Source: an uncultured bacterium (lineage in GTDB: Bacteria; Myxococcota_A; Polyangia; Polyangiales; Houyiibacteriaceae). From it: 64,000 nucleotides of DNA. Positions 9,472 to 19,112 of the stretch are shown piece by piece. The first letter of the stretch is position 1, and each line of letters opens with the position of its first letter. Location: contig CALJDU010000006.1 in assembly GCA_938024995.1 (NCBI GenBank), positions 83,052 through 147,051 on the forward strand, in the 5' to 3' direction. The position numbers and the translations under genes were made by a program. Below the pieces are notes generated by a model. The model saw nothing but the letters and a program-made list of their open reading frames with translations. It had not been told where the DNA came from and did no database searches.

Positions 9472-10800
9472 ATGCGACTTAGAGTTTTGCTTGTCGCGCT
9501 GGCGCTCATGGCGTTCGCGTGTGGCGACGATGACACGTCAACCGACACGAACCCCCCGATGGACACGGGCGGCATCGATAGCAACGTCGACACTGGGGGC
9601 CCGGACGTCGTGGATTCGTCGATGGACGTGCCCGACGGTGACCTCCCCGACGTTCTGCCCGACGTGATGATTCCAGATGGCGGCGGCGGAGAGTGTGCGG
9701 AAGGAGAGATCATCTCGTTCTACGAGCTCGCGACCGGGTTCGCTTTTGACCAGCGACGAGTCGACATCTCGGGTCACTCCGGTGGGTTTGAGGTGACGTG
9801 GCGAGCGAACGATGGCGGGGACAACTTGTACGTCGCGCGGATCGCGCGAGAAGAGGGCGCCGAGCCTGTGATCACGCAGGTGACCGACGACTTCTCCATC
9901 TCAGGTTCACCCGCGATTCTCTCCATCGACACGACCAACTCGGTGCTCGCGTGGTTCGACAACTCGTCCGAGAACTTCGAGATCTACGCGCGGCAGCTCT
10001 CCTCTGGCTCCCCGCTCGCGCTTCGACGCATCACGAACACCGCGCTTCGCGAGGACAACCCCACTCTGATTTACAACGGCGCGAACCCGCTGCTCGGTTG
10101 GATTGAGGACTCGGGCGCGTCTCGCCAGATCAAGCTTCAGGAGCTCTCCGCAGCGGGTGCGCCGATGGGCACACCGACGGCGATCACATCGGCTGCAAAC
10201 TCTCCGCAGCGGATCGCGATGGCGCGCGCGGGCGACAACATCGCGGTGGCATGGACCGATACGACGAGCACCGGCACCAACGTCATGACGCAGATCGTGA
10301 CGCCTGAGGGAACTCCGATCGCCACGCCGACCACGATCACGTCCGAGGGGAACGCCTTGGGCGCGGTCGACATCACCGAGACCACCGCGGGCGCTGCCCT
10401 GGCGTACGGCGTCTCGATCGACGGCGTCCGCTCGGAGGTGCGCTTTCGCGTGATCGACGCCGCGGGGGCGACCGCCACGGGCGAGCGAATTTTGACGTTC
10501 GCGCCGGAGGAAGGCTCCGACCCGGGCATCGTTCAGCTCGCGGGTGGCTACGTGGTCGCGTATCGCGCGACGCGTGATGAGGGCCTCGAGTTCCCAGAGC
10601 TTCGGGTCGTCTTCGTCGACTCGGGTGGAGACATCATCGCGACTGACGAGCCCGGCTTCGCGATGAGCGAGCAGGGCGGACCGGTGTCGATCGCGACCTC
10701 AGGTCCGGGCTACGCGATGGCGTGGGCCGATGTGGACGAGTCCGGAACGACGATTCGCGCCGCGATGTTCCGCTGCCTCGTCTTGGGAGACGAAGGATGA
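9472..10800 (+). CDS. Secreted lipoprotein, hypothetical (repeat-rich, beta-propeller-like)
   Basis: Lipoprotein signal MRLRVLLVALALMAFAC|GDDD; D/G-rich linker; repeated ~45-aa units. The stop overlaps the next start (ATGA). Confidence 0.5.
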   Translation: MRLRVLLVALALMAFACGDDDTSTDTNPPMDTGGIDSNVDTGGPDVVDSSMDVPDGDLPDVLPDVMIPDGGGGECAEGEIISFYELATGFAFDQRRVDISGHSGGFEVTWRANDGGDNLYVARIAREEGAEPVITQVTDDFSISGSPAILSIDTTNSVLAWFDNSSENFEIYARQLSSGSPLALRRITNTALREDNPTLIYNGANPLLGWIEDSGASRQIKLQELSAAGAPMGTPTAITSAANSPQRIAMARAGDNIAVAWTDTTSTGTNVMTQIVTPEGTPIATPTTITSEGNALGAVDITETTAGAALAYGVSIDGVRSEVRFRVIDAAGATATGERILTFAPEEGSDPGIVQLAGGYVVAYRATRDEGLEFPELRVVFVDSGGDIIATDEPGFAMSEQGGPVSIATSGPGYAMAWADVDESGTTIRAAMFRCLVLGDEG

Positions 10801-11858
10801 CGCCGCGCATCGCTTTCCTCTGTACGTTGCTGGCCTGTCTCGTGGTTGTCGGCTGTGGCGACGACGACGCCTCACCACCGCCTCCACCCCCGATCGATAC
10901 CGGATCGCCACCGGACACGACCCCCAGTGACAGCGGGGTCGACAGCAACATGGACGCCCCCGATCCGATGGACGGAGATGTCGGAGATGCGGGCGACGCG
11001 GATGTCCCTGACGTGATGCTCGACACGAGCGTTGGGGACGGTGGTGAGCGTGACACGGGGCTTGTCTTTCCGGACGACACCGGGCTCTCGGACGACGTCT
11101 CGACCGATGTCGAGGGCGTGGATGCGTGCTCCACGGTGTTGGATGGCATTGTTTGCCCGGACCTTCCGGAGACGTGTGGACCCGGTCTGACCTGTGTCGA
11201 TGATGGCTGCGGAGGACGGGTCTGCATCCCGTCGTCTCACCGCTGCTCGACGGCAGAGGACTGCCCCGCGGGGAGCATGTGCATGGAGGTCGAGCCGGGC
11301 GCGGAGCCTACGTGCATTCGTGGGTCAGGCTGCGGTGACTCTCGTGATTGTGCGTTCGGCTTTGCGTGCGAAGCGGGAGCCTGCGTGGACCGGCGCGTGG
11401 GTTGCGACGCCCCGCCTGCGACGTGTCCGCAGGGCTACGTGTGCATGGACACCTCAGATTTTGGGACCGACCTCACGTGCGTCCCGGCGCACTACAAGTG
11501 CGACACCGATGTTGCCTGCGATGGGGTCCCGCTCTTCTCGATCTGCGCGGATGTGGATGGAGATGGAAACAATGAGTGTGTGAGTGAGACCGGGTCGTGC
11601 ACGACCTCAGAGATGTGCGGAGACCTCACCTGCATCTACGACACTCGCTTCGGCGGGATGAACTGCTCCAGCAGTGGCCTTTGTGCAGACGCCACCGATT
11701 GTGGCGCAGGTTACAGCTGCGTCGATCTGTGGGGTGACGGTCTCAAACAGTGTGTGGAGGCAGGATCATGCAGCTCCACGGCTGATTGTCCTGCACCTCA
11801 GATCTGTGCAGTGCCGTTCGGCGAAACCACCCCTCGTTGTTGGGGTGAAGGCATCTAG
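10797..11858 (+). CDS. Cysteine-rich secreted lipoprotein (repeated C-x-G-x-x-C modules)
   Basis: Signal MTPRIAFLCTLLACLVVVGC|GDDD; ~40 Cys in tandem modules (…CPAGSMCMEVEPGAEPTC…CGDSRDCAFGFACEAGAC…). Confidence 0.55.
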   Translation: MTPRIAFLCTLLACLVVVGCGDDDASPPPPPPIDTGSPPDTTPSDSGVDSNMDAPDPMDGDVGDAGDADVPDVMLDTSVGDGGERDTGLVFPDDTGLSDDVSTDVEGVDACSTVLDGIVCPDLPETCGPGLTCVDDGCGGRVCIPSSHRCSTAEDCPAGSMCMEVEPGAEPTCIRGSGCGDSRDCAFGFACEAGACVDRRVGCDAPPATCPQGYVCMDTSDFGTDLTCVPAHYKCDTDVACDGVPLFSICADVDGDGNNECVSETGSCTTSEMCGDLTCIYDTRFGGMNCSSSGLCADATDCGAGYSCVDLWGDGLKQCVEAGSCSSTADCPAPQICAVPFGETTPRCWGEGI

Positions 11859-12008
11859 GCCTCGCACTTTTTTCATACACATGAAGTTGATGCACTCGCG
11901 AGAGATAATTTTGTGAATGATTACAACGAGTATGGCTCGGCGTAATCGTTGCATTCTTCCTACGCGGGTGCGTCTGCATCCGTTCGGATTTCGAGATTGG
12001 GTGAGACG

Positions 12009-14621
12009 ATGAAGAGGGTCCTTTTTCTCGCGTTTTCCATGGCGCTTTTGGCGTCATGCACGGAAGGCGGCGATCCTGCGCCAGCTGCGCCGACGCCTGG
12101 AACCGAGTTTCCAGAAGCGCCGCAAGCCATCACTGGAGATGCGGGGTCTTGTGCAGAACCCGCACCAGGGTGTCCATGTTCCGAAGGCGCAGAGCCCGTG
12201 GACTGCTATCTCGATCCGATCGAGGTGGATGGAACGCTGACCTGCAACGCGGGCCAGATGTTCTGCGTGGATGGCACCTGGAGCGAGTGTCGCTCGCTTC
12301 GGTCGTTTGAGATCGAGAGCGAAGCCTCTCTCTCGGACGGTCCGCTCGAGTGCAACCCGTGCAACCCCGACTGCTCCCGTTCCACCGACTACCCCAGCGC
12401 CGACGATCTCACCCCGGAGCGAGCGGATGGAGTCGTCGCGGTACCTGGCGGTATCTCGCTCGAAGGCGAGACGATGACCGAGCTCCTCGACACGGACGGT
12501 GACGGGATTCCAGACGACGCAGACTCGTGTCGCACCACGCCAGGAACACCTGAGTACTTTGGTTGCCCTTCTGGGACCGAGAGCGGTTTCTACCACTCGC
12601 TCCCGTTTGGTGGTCCGGTGGAAGTCGACCCTCTCTCCTTCCCGATCACCGTCACCACGGCAGACGTCTACTTCCTGATGGACACGACCGGTTCGATGGG
12701 TGGTGAGATCTCCAACCTTCAGCGCGGCCTGACCTCCGGCACCTACGTCGCCGGGTGTGGCGGCGGCGTCATTGGCGGTATTGGATGCATCGTTCCCAAC
12801 GCCTGGTTCGGCGCGGCGTTCTTTGACGACTATCCCGTGAGCCCGTACGGCTCGAGCGGTTCTGGTGATGAGGTTTACCGGAACCGCCAGGACCTGACGT
12901 CAGACGCGGCGGCTGCGCAGCGCGCGGTGACCGGCTTGCGTCGTCACTACGGTCGGGACGGACCCGAGAGCAACAGCCAGGCGATCTGGGCAGTAACCAC
13001 GGGTCGCGGTCTCGGTCGTTACCTCACAAACCGAAGCAGCTGTCCGGATGGTCGCTGGGGTTGGCCATGTTTCCGCGCGGACACGATCCCGATCATCGTT
13101 CAGTTCACCGACGCGACCTATCACCAGGGTCCCAGCGGTCAGAACTACAACCCGCGCATCCTCGCGGGTGGCGGGAGTGCTGGAAGCGGTCCGTACGTGG
13201 ATCCCAGCCCGTTCCGATACGTTTACGGCAACCACGACCAGTCACGCGCGGTGTACGCTGGCGACGCGACCCGCGACTGGAACGGCTTTTCGGGCAACAC
13301 CTGCCTTCACAACAACGCCTACAACAACATCTACTGCAACGGGCTCTACTCGCCTGATGTGGTCTTCCGCTTCACCGCAACCAGTACGCGGAACATCTTG
13401 GTCTCGACCAAGGACTCCACCTACAACACCGTCGCGGGCATTCGTGACTACCGGTTCCGTTACCGTAGTTGCAACGACAACGACACGCGCGCCGGCAGCC
13501 TGAACTCGTACATGGACTACCGCGTGTCGGCAGGCACTTGGTACGTCATCGTCGACGGCTATGGCTGGCGTTCCCGCCGCCGCGTCTGCACCACCTACTA
13601 CTGGTGGGGTCGGCCGCGCACGTCGTGTCGCTACACCTACGTCTACAACTCCAGCTGCGGCAACTACAAGGTCGCGATCGGAACCCCTCCCCCGCCTGAG
13701 ACCGATACCGGATCGGGTCCGCTCCCCGTGACCTGGCCCGAGGTGGTTCGCGCGGTTCGTGAGCGCGGCATCAAGATGATCACCGTCGAGTCGAGCGGTG
13801 GTTGGGGCGGCGCGCGACCGGACTCGGTTGCGCTCGCGAACGCGACCGGGTCGACCGACGCGCGCGGAGCTCCCTTCGTGTTCTCGATCAGTTCGTCGGG
13901 GTCGGGCCTCGACCGCGCGGTCATCGACGCGGTCAGCATCCTCGCGAACAACTCTCGCTACGACGTGGCGGCGCGTGGGTCGGACAACCCAGCGACTGAG
14001 ATCGACGAGCGAAACTTCGTCGAGCGCGTCACCGCGGTGAGCTTCCCAGCAGGTCGCTGCACCGGAAAGACGGCGTCAACGTTCCTTCAGTGTCTCCCCG
14101 GCACCTCGGTTCGCTTCGACGTCGCCTTTAGAAACGACTTCGTACGTCCCACGACAACCGCCCAGGTGTTCAACTTCTTCATTGAGGTGACGCTCTCGGG
14201 CATTGTGCAGACGCGCGTCCCGGTCCGAATCGTGGTTCCGCCCGATGTCACGACCTACGAGCCGGGCTCGTTCTCCCGTGTCTACGACGCGAACACGCGG
14301 TGCGAGATTCCGCCGGAACGACCTGACTGGGGGACCTTCACCTACCGGTCCAACACACCGGATGACTCGAAGATTCGCTTCGTCTTCCAGACGGCGAACA
14401 CCGAGGCGGGGCTCGCTGGAGCCGATCCGCTCACCATCGCCGTTCCGCTTGCGGACGATGACGGGAGCTTTGACCTAGGTCAGTTCCTGGTCGACAACGG
14501 CCAGCAAAACTACAGACCGTACGTCAAGATGACAGCGTTCCTCGATCCTTCCTCGAGCCGAACCGCGGCCCCAACACTCACTGGGTTTGAGCAGACGTTT
14601 GTCTGCGCTGACGCGGAGTAA
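12009..14621 (+). CDS. Large secreted lipoprotein with von Willebrand factor A (VWA) domain
   Basis: Signal MKRVLFLAFSMALLASC; MIDAS motif in VYFLMDTTGSMGGEI; Cys-rich N-terminal region; ~870 aa. Confidence 0.6.
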   Translation: MKRVLFLAFSMALLASCTEGGDPAPAAPTPGTEFPEAPQAITGDAGSCAEPAPGCPCSEGAEPVDCYLDPIEVDGTLTCNAGQMFCVDGTWSECRSLRSFEIESEASLSDGPLECNPCNPDCSRSTDYPSADDLTPERADGVVAVPGGISLEGETMTELLDTDGDGIPDDADSCRTTPGTPEYFGCPSGTESGFYHSLPFGGPVEVDPLSFPITVTTADVYFLMDTTGSMGGEISNLQRGLTSGTYVAGCGGGVIGGIGCIVPNAWFGAAFFDDYPVSPYGSSGSGDEVYRNRQDLTSDAAAAQRAVTGLRRHYGRDGPESNSQAIWAVTTGRGLGRYLTNRSSCPDGRWGWPCFRADTIPIIVQFTDATYHQGPSGQNYNPRILAGGGSAGSGPYVDPSPFRYVYGNHDQSRAVYAGDATRDWNGFSGNTCLHNNAYNNIYCNGLYSPDVVFRFTATSTRNILVSTKDSTYNTVAGIRDYRFRYRSCNDNDTRAGSLNSYMDYRVSAGTWYVIVDGYGWRSRRRVCTTYYWWGRPRTSCRYTYVYNSSCGNYKVAIGTPPPPETDTGSGPLPVTWPEVVRAVRERGIKMITVESSGGWGGARPDSVALANATGSTDARGAPFVFSISSSGSGLDRAVIDAVSILANNSRYDVAARGSDNPATEIDERNFVERVTAVSFPAGRCTGKTASTFLQCLPGTSVRFDVAFRNDFVRPTTTAQVFNFFIEVTLSGIVQTRVPVRIVVPPDVTTYEPGSFSRVYDANTRCEIPPERPDWGTFTYRSNTPDDSKIRFVFQTANTEAGLAGADPLTIAVPLADDDGSFDLGQFLVDNGQQNYRPYVKMTAFLDPSSSRTAAPTLTGFEQTFVCADAE

Positions 14622-14654
14622 CCACTGAAGCGATCGCTCCTGTTCTTCGCCGTC

Positions 14655-16388
14655 GTGCTCCTCGTTGGGTGCGGCGGCGATGACGTTTCGGATACGTCAT
14701 CGGACACTGGTGATTCCGGAATGGACGCGCAAGTTCCGGATACGAGCGACGCGACAGACGCCACGACTGACGCCGTGCTGGCGGACGCCTCCGACACGGC
14801 GGTGTTTGATGGCGAGCCGCCAACCTTCGACGCCGCGGGGACCTGGTTCGAGGAGCGCGGTGACCTCGGCTTTCGTCGCCGCGCCAAAGACGGCTTCGCC
14901 TCGCTCGGCGATCGCATGTCGGGTGGCGTGTGCGTCATCGACGCGGATGGTCGACCTCCGCTCGATCTCTTCTTCGCGCTGCGTCCATGGGAAGACGACG
15001 ATGGAGCTCATGGCGCGAAGCTCTTCACCGCCGACGGCCCCTTCGACTACCGGCCCGCATCACCTGCGCTCTTCGGTGCGCTGGACACCATCACGGACGC
15101 GATCGGATGCCTGGCGTTCGACGCCGACGGTGACGGTGACGACGACCTCTTGGTCACCGAGTACGGCGGCCTTCGCTTCTTCGAGCGCGGAGCGTCTGGA
15201 TTCGTGGCGCGGCCTGACGCGTTTAGCCTCCCCGCCGATCCCCAAGCGGTCTACGCGAGCGCAGCGGCCGGCGACCTCGACCAGGACGGCGATCTCGACC
15301 TCGCGATCGCGGGCTTCTATCGCTGGGACGAGGAGCGCTTCATCGGCGTGGAGTGCAGCAGTATCGGTTGCTCCAACGAGCTCGTCTTACTCGAACCGTT
15401 GCCGAACCTCCTGCTGATCCGCGGGCCCGACGGTCGCTACACCTCGCGCCCCGATCTCGCGCCAGACATGACGCGGGAAGAGCCGACTCTGGTCGTGATG
15501 ATCGCGGACCTGGACGTCGACGGGCTCCCTGACATCTACGTCGGCAATGACCTCGGCACCACGTACGAGGATCGCCCGCTCAGTCGCGATGAGGACGGCA
15601 TCTTTCGCGACGTGTCGATCCAGATCGGGCTGGCGTTTAACGAGGCGCGCCGCGGGGTCGACACGATGGCGGCGACCCGAGGCGACATCGACGGCAACGG
15701 TCGCCTCGACCTGGTCTCGACGAGCTTCGAGGGCGACCGGACCGCGGTCTTCCTCTGCGGCGATGATGGCTATTGTGAAGACCGCGACATCGGGACCTCG
15801 ATCACCGAGCGATCGTTTCGCTGGGGCGCGGCGCTAGCGGACTTCGATCGTGACGGCTTCATCGATCTCTTCGAGGCCAGCGGGAACATCCTGAGCGAAG
15901 CGGAGATCTCGCTTGGCCGTGCGCTCGGTCCGCAATACCAACGGCCCAACGTCTACCAAAACCAAGCCGGTTCGTTGGTCCCGGTGACCATCAGCGGAGA
16001 CATCGCGACGCCTCGCGCGGCCCGCGGGATCACCGTCGCGGACCTCGATGACGATGGCGACCCGGACGTGGTCCTCGCGCCTTCGGAAGGTGCGCCCGTG
16101 ATGTTCGAGAACGTGCGCGCTCCCGCCGGACACTGGCTCCGCGTGGTCCTCGACGCGCCACCGCCGAACACTCGCGCGGTCGGGGCGATGGTACGGGTCG
16201 TGACGCCGCGGCAGACCTACCTCCGTGAGCAGAGCGCGGGAGAGGGCTATTTGGGTAACTTCGACTCGCGGATCCTGTTCGGGATCACCGACCCCGAACC
16301 CGTTACGGTCATTGTGCGCTGGCCAAACGGCGAGGAGACGATCGCGCGCGACATCGCGGTCGATCAAGAAGTAACGTTGTCCCCATGA
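14655..16388 (+). CDS. CRTAC1-family protein: FG-GAP/VCBS repeats + C-terminal ASPIC/UnbV domain (lipoprotein)
   Basis: GDLDQDGDLDLAIAG, DIDGNGRLDLVST and DDDGDPDVVLA are FG-GAP Ca-binding repeats. C-terminal VGAMVRVV…REQSAGEGYLGNFDSRILFGI is an ASPIC/UnbV signature. The true start may be an upstream CTG at 14625, giving LKRSLLFFAVVLLVGC as the lipoprotein signal. Confidence 0.7.
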   Translation: MLLVGCGGDDVSDTSSDTGDSGMDAQVPDTSDATDATTDAVLADASDTAVFDGEPPTFDAAGTWFEERGDLGFRRRAKDGFASLGDRMSGGVCVIDADGRPPLDLFFALRPWEDDDGAHGAKLFTADGPFDYRPASPALFGALDTITDAIGCLAFDADGDGDDDLLVTEYGGLRFFERGASGFVARPDAFSLPADPQAVYASAAAGDLDQDGDLDLAIAGFYRWDEERFIGVECSSIGCSNELVLLEPLPNLLLIRGPDGRYTSRPDLAPDMTREEPTLVVMIADLDVDGLPDIYVGNDLGTTYEDRPLSRDEDGIFRDVSIQIGLAFNEARRGVDTMAATRGDIDGNGRLDLVSTSFEGDRTAVFLCGDDGYCEDRDIGTSITERSFRWGAALADFDRDGFIDLFEASGNILSEAEISLGRALGPQYQRPNVYQNQAGSLVPVTISGDIATPRAARGITVADLDDDGDPDVVLAPSEGAPVMFENVRAPAGHWLRVVLDAPPPNTRAVGAMVRVVTPRQTYLREQSAGEGYLGNFDSRILFGITDPEPVTVIVRWPNGEETIARDIAVDQEVTLSP

Positions 16389-18091
16389 ACGCCAAGTCAT
16401 CACTCACGAGCGCGCTGGTCGCGTTCGCGCTCCTGACGGGGTGCGGAGATGACGACACTGGAGGCGTCTCGGACTCCGGCACGTTGGACACGGGAAGCGA
16501 CGTGATGACCGACACCGGCGAGGTCGACACCGGCCCCGTCGATCCGACCTGGTTCAACGAGGTCGGCGCGGACATCGGCGTCGACATTGAGTTCGTGAAC
16601 ACCTACGACACCTTGACGCGACGGATGCTCGCGGGGGTGTGCGTAATCGATGTCGACGGAGAGGCGCCCCTCGATCTCTTCTACGCGCTCGGCGACAAGA
16701 CCGGCGACAACCTCTCGCGCCTCTACGTTGGTCAGGGCGAGATGCGCTTCGCGGACGAGACGAGCGAGCGGATGGGCGAGCTGCCGATCGCGGGCGGTTG
16801 CCTCGCTTTCGACATCGATGGAGACCGCGACGACGACCTGATCCTCACGGGCCTCGGTTTGGTCACCGCGTACATCAACGACGGCGGAACCTTCACGCGT
16901 CGGGACGACCTCTTTGACGTGGAGGTCGATGAGTTCGACATGATGACCTCCGCGGCGGCCGGAGATCTCGACGGCGATGAAGATCTCGACCTCGTCGTGT
17001 CCGGCTTTATGAACCGAAGAGAGGCGCTCACGGTCGGCGGCACGTGTGGGTTCGTTCCGTGCGCGGTTGAGATCGCGCCCGAGACCGAGATCCGAAACTA
17101 CGTCTTCGCGTGGAACGGAGCGCGCTACGAGGACGTGACCGAGACCCTTGTGCCGGGGATGATGACGCCGGCCGCGACGCACACCGTCATGATCACGGAC
17201 ATCGGCGACGACGGGATCCAGAACATCTGGCAGGGCAACGACTTCGGCCACATCACGTTCAACGCGGTCTACGGTTATCGTGATGGGGTCTATGAAGATT
17301 TCTCGGAGCTCCACGGGATGATCTTCAACCGGCTGGAGTCGGGCCAGGACACAATGGGGTTCACCCAAGGCGACGTGAACAACGACGGCATCATGGACTT
17401 CGCGTCGACGGACTTCGAGCGTCGCGCGTCTGGGATCTACGTCTGTGATGAGGACCTCCACTGCGCCGACGCCTCGCGCAACATCGGCACCGAAGAGCTG
17501 GCCGACAGCTTTCGCTGGGGGAACGCGTTTGTGGATCTCGATCTCGACGGGTGGGTCGATCTGGTCGAGGCGACGGGTCAGATTTACTCCATCCTCGAGA
17601 CGAACGCGCTTGGGTTTAGCAGCCTCGCGCTGCAGCGACCGAACATCATGCGGAACCACCGCGGCACCTTTGAGCCCGCGGACCCGGTCGAAGGTGAAGC
17701 CCACGGAGAGGTGTACGCGACCCGCGGGATCAGCGTGACGGACCTCGATGACGATGGGCTGCCCGATGTCCTCTTCGCCCCCGTCTTCGGGCGCGCCCCG
17801 GTCTTTCACAACATCCGCGCGACCGATGGGCACTACCTGCGCGTGGTCCTCGAGGGGCGCGCTCCGAACACCGGCGCGGTCGGCGCCAAGGTGACCCTGC
17901 GCGGCGAGACGCAGACCTTGATCCGTCGCCGCCTGGCCGGCGAGGGCTACCTCGGGAACTTCGATCCGCGCATCTTTTTCGGCACCGTGGATGAGGGGCC
18001 CTACGAGGTCATCGTGAAGTGGCCGGACGGAACCACCACGACCCGAAGCGACGTCCCCGCGGACAGCGAAGCGGTCTTTCGCCAAGAGTGA
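16385..18091 (+). CDS. CRTAC1-family protein paralog (FG-GAP repeats + ASPIC/UnbV), lipoprotein
   Basis: Signal …ALVAFALLTGC|GDDD; same architecture as the upstream gene (VGAKVTL…LAGEGYLGNFDPRIFFG). ATGA overlap implies translational coupling. Confidence 0.7.
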   Translation: MNAKSSLTSALVAFALLTGCGDDDTGGVSDSGTLDTGSDVMTDTGEVDTGPVDPTWFNEVGADIGVDIEFVNTYDTLTRRMLAGVCVIDVDGEAPLDLFYALGDKTGDNLSRLYVGQGEMRFADETSERMGELPIAGGCLAFDIDGDRDDDLILTGLGLVTAYINDGGTFTRRDDLFDVEVDEFDMMTSAAAGDLDGDEDLDLVVSGFMNRREALTVGGTCGFVPCAVEIAPETEIRNYVFAWNGARYEDVTETLVPGMMTPAATHTVMITDIGDDGIQNIWQGNDFGHITFNAVYGYRDGVYEDFSELHGMIFNRLESGQDTMGFTQGDVNNDGIMDFASTDFERRASGIYVCDEDLHCADASRNIGTEELADSFRWGNAFVDLDLDGWVDLVEATGQIYSILETNALGFSSLALQRPNIMRNHRGTFEPADPVEGEAHGEVYATRGISVTDLDDDGLPDVLFAPVFGRAPVFHNIRATDGHYLRVVLEGRAPNTGAVGAKVTLRGETQTLIRRRLAGEGYLGNFDPRIFFGTVDEGPYEVIVKWPDGTTTTRSDVPADSEAVFRQE

Positions 18092-18146
18092 GTCGTTCGC
18101 CCGCTTCGTTTGACTTGCGTCCGCGCGCCCCTACCATCTCCGGCCG

Positions 18147-19112
18147 GTGAGCGTCGTACGAAAGTGGTGGTGGACTCTTCCTCTTCTCGCCGTCGTGATC
18201 GAGCTCATCGGGCATGTAAACGTTCGCGCGCGCGTCCCTTCCGATGCCCACTGGACCGCCGCGTCGGACTACATCCGCGCGAACTTCGACGAGGACGACA
18301 CGATCGGGGTCGCGCCGGCCTGGGCGGATCCCACGCTGCGCTATCACCTCGGCGATCTCATCCCGCTCTCGCACGCGGCCCGTTCTGACCTCGCGAGCGC
18401 GGACCGCTTCTGGGTCGTGTCTCTTCGCGGTCAGATCTCGCGCTACACGCCTCATCGTGACGGCGAGCCGGTTACGCCGGATCACATCGAGCGCTTCGGC
18501 CCCGTGTCGGTCCTTCGCTATGACCTCGGCGCGTCGCCGGTCATTTTTGATCTGACCTCGCACGTTGATGAGGCCACCGTTTCCATCACGGAGAACGATG
18601 AAGAGAAGCCGTGTCGATGGAGCGTCGCTCGAGAGCGCGGACGGGGCGGTCTCTCCACCAACACGATCCTCCCGAAGGGGCGCTTCCGCTGCGACCCGCG
18701 TCGCGATTGGTTGGCGGTCGCCGAGACCGCGATCGAGGATCTGGATCTGCAGCCGCGTCACTGCGTGTGGCAACACCCTCCGAACCGAGACGGCTTGGTC
18801 CGGACGGTCTACGAGGACGTCCCGCTCGGTGAGCGCATCGTGCTCTACACCGGCATCTACTACGAACACGAACGCACGCGGGAGCGACCTCCGTACTCCG
18901 TGCGCGTTCTGGTCGACGGTTCCGAGGTCGGGCGGCTCGATCATGAAGACGGGGACGGCTGGGCGCGCATCGAGCTCCCCACGCAGCTGCACGGGACCCG
19001 CAAAGAGCGCGGCGATATCGCGGTCGAGGTTTTCGCGGAGGTGAACCCGCACTTCAAGTCGGCGTGTTGGTCGGCGACGGTTCGCGGCCCTCGGCGCGAG
19101 GTCGGCGAGTGA
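18147..19112 (+). CDS. Hypothetical membrane-anchored (signal-anchor) protein
   Basis: N-terminal TM segment WWWTLPLLAVVIELIG; no recognisable motifs; its stop overlaps the GTG start of the next gene (GTGA). Confidence 0.4.
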   Translation: MSVVRKWWWTLPLLAVVIELIGHVNVRARVPSDAHWTAASDYIRANFDEDDTIGVAPAWADPTLRYHLGDLIPLSHAARSDLASADRFWVVSLRGQISRYTPHRDGEPVTPDHIERFGPVSVLRYDLGASPVIFDLTSHVDEATVSITENDEEKPCRWSVARERGRGGLSTNTILPKGRFRCDPRRDWLAVAETAIEDLDLQPRHCVWQHPPNRDGLVRTVYEDVPLGERIVLYTGIYYEHERTRERPPYSVRVLVDGSEVGRLDHEDGDGWARIELPTQLHGTRKERGDIAVEVFAEVNPHFKSACWSATVRGPRREVGE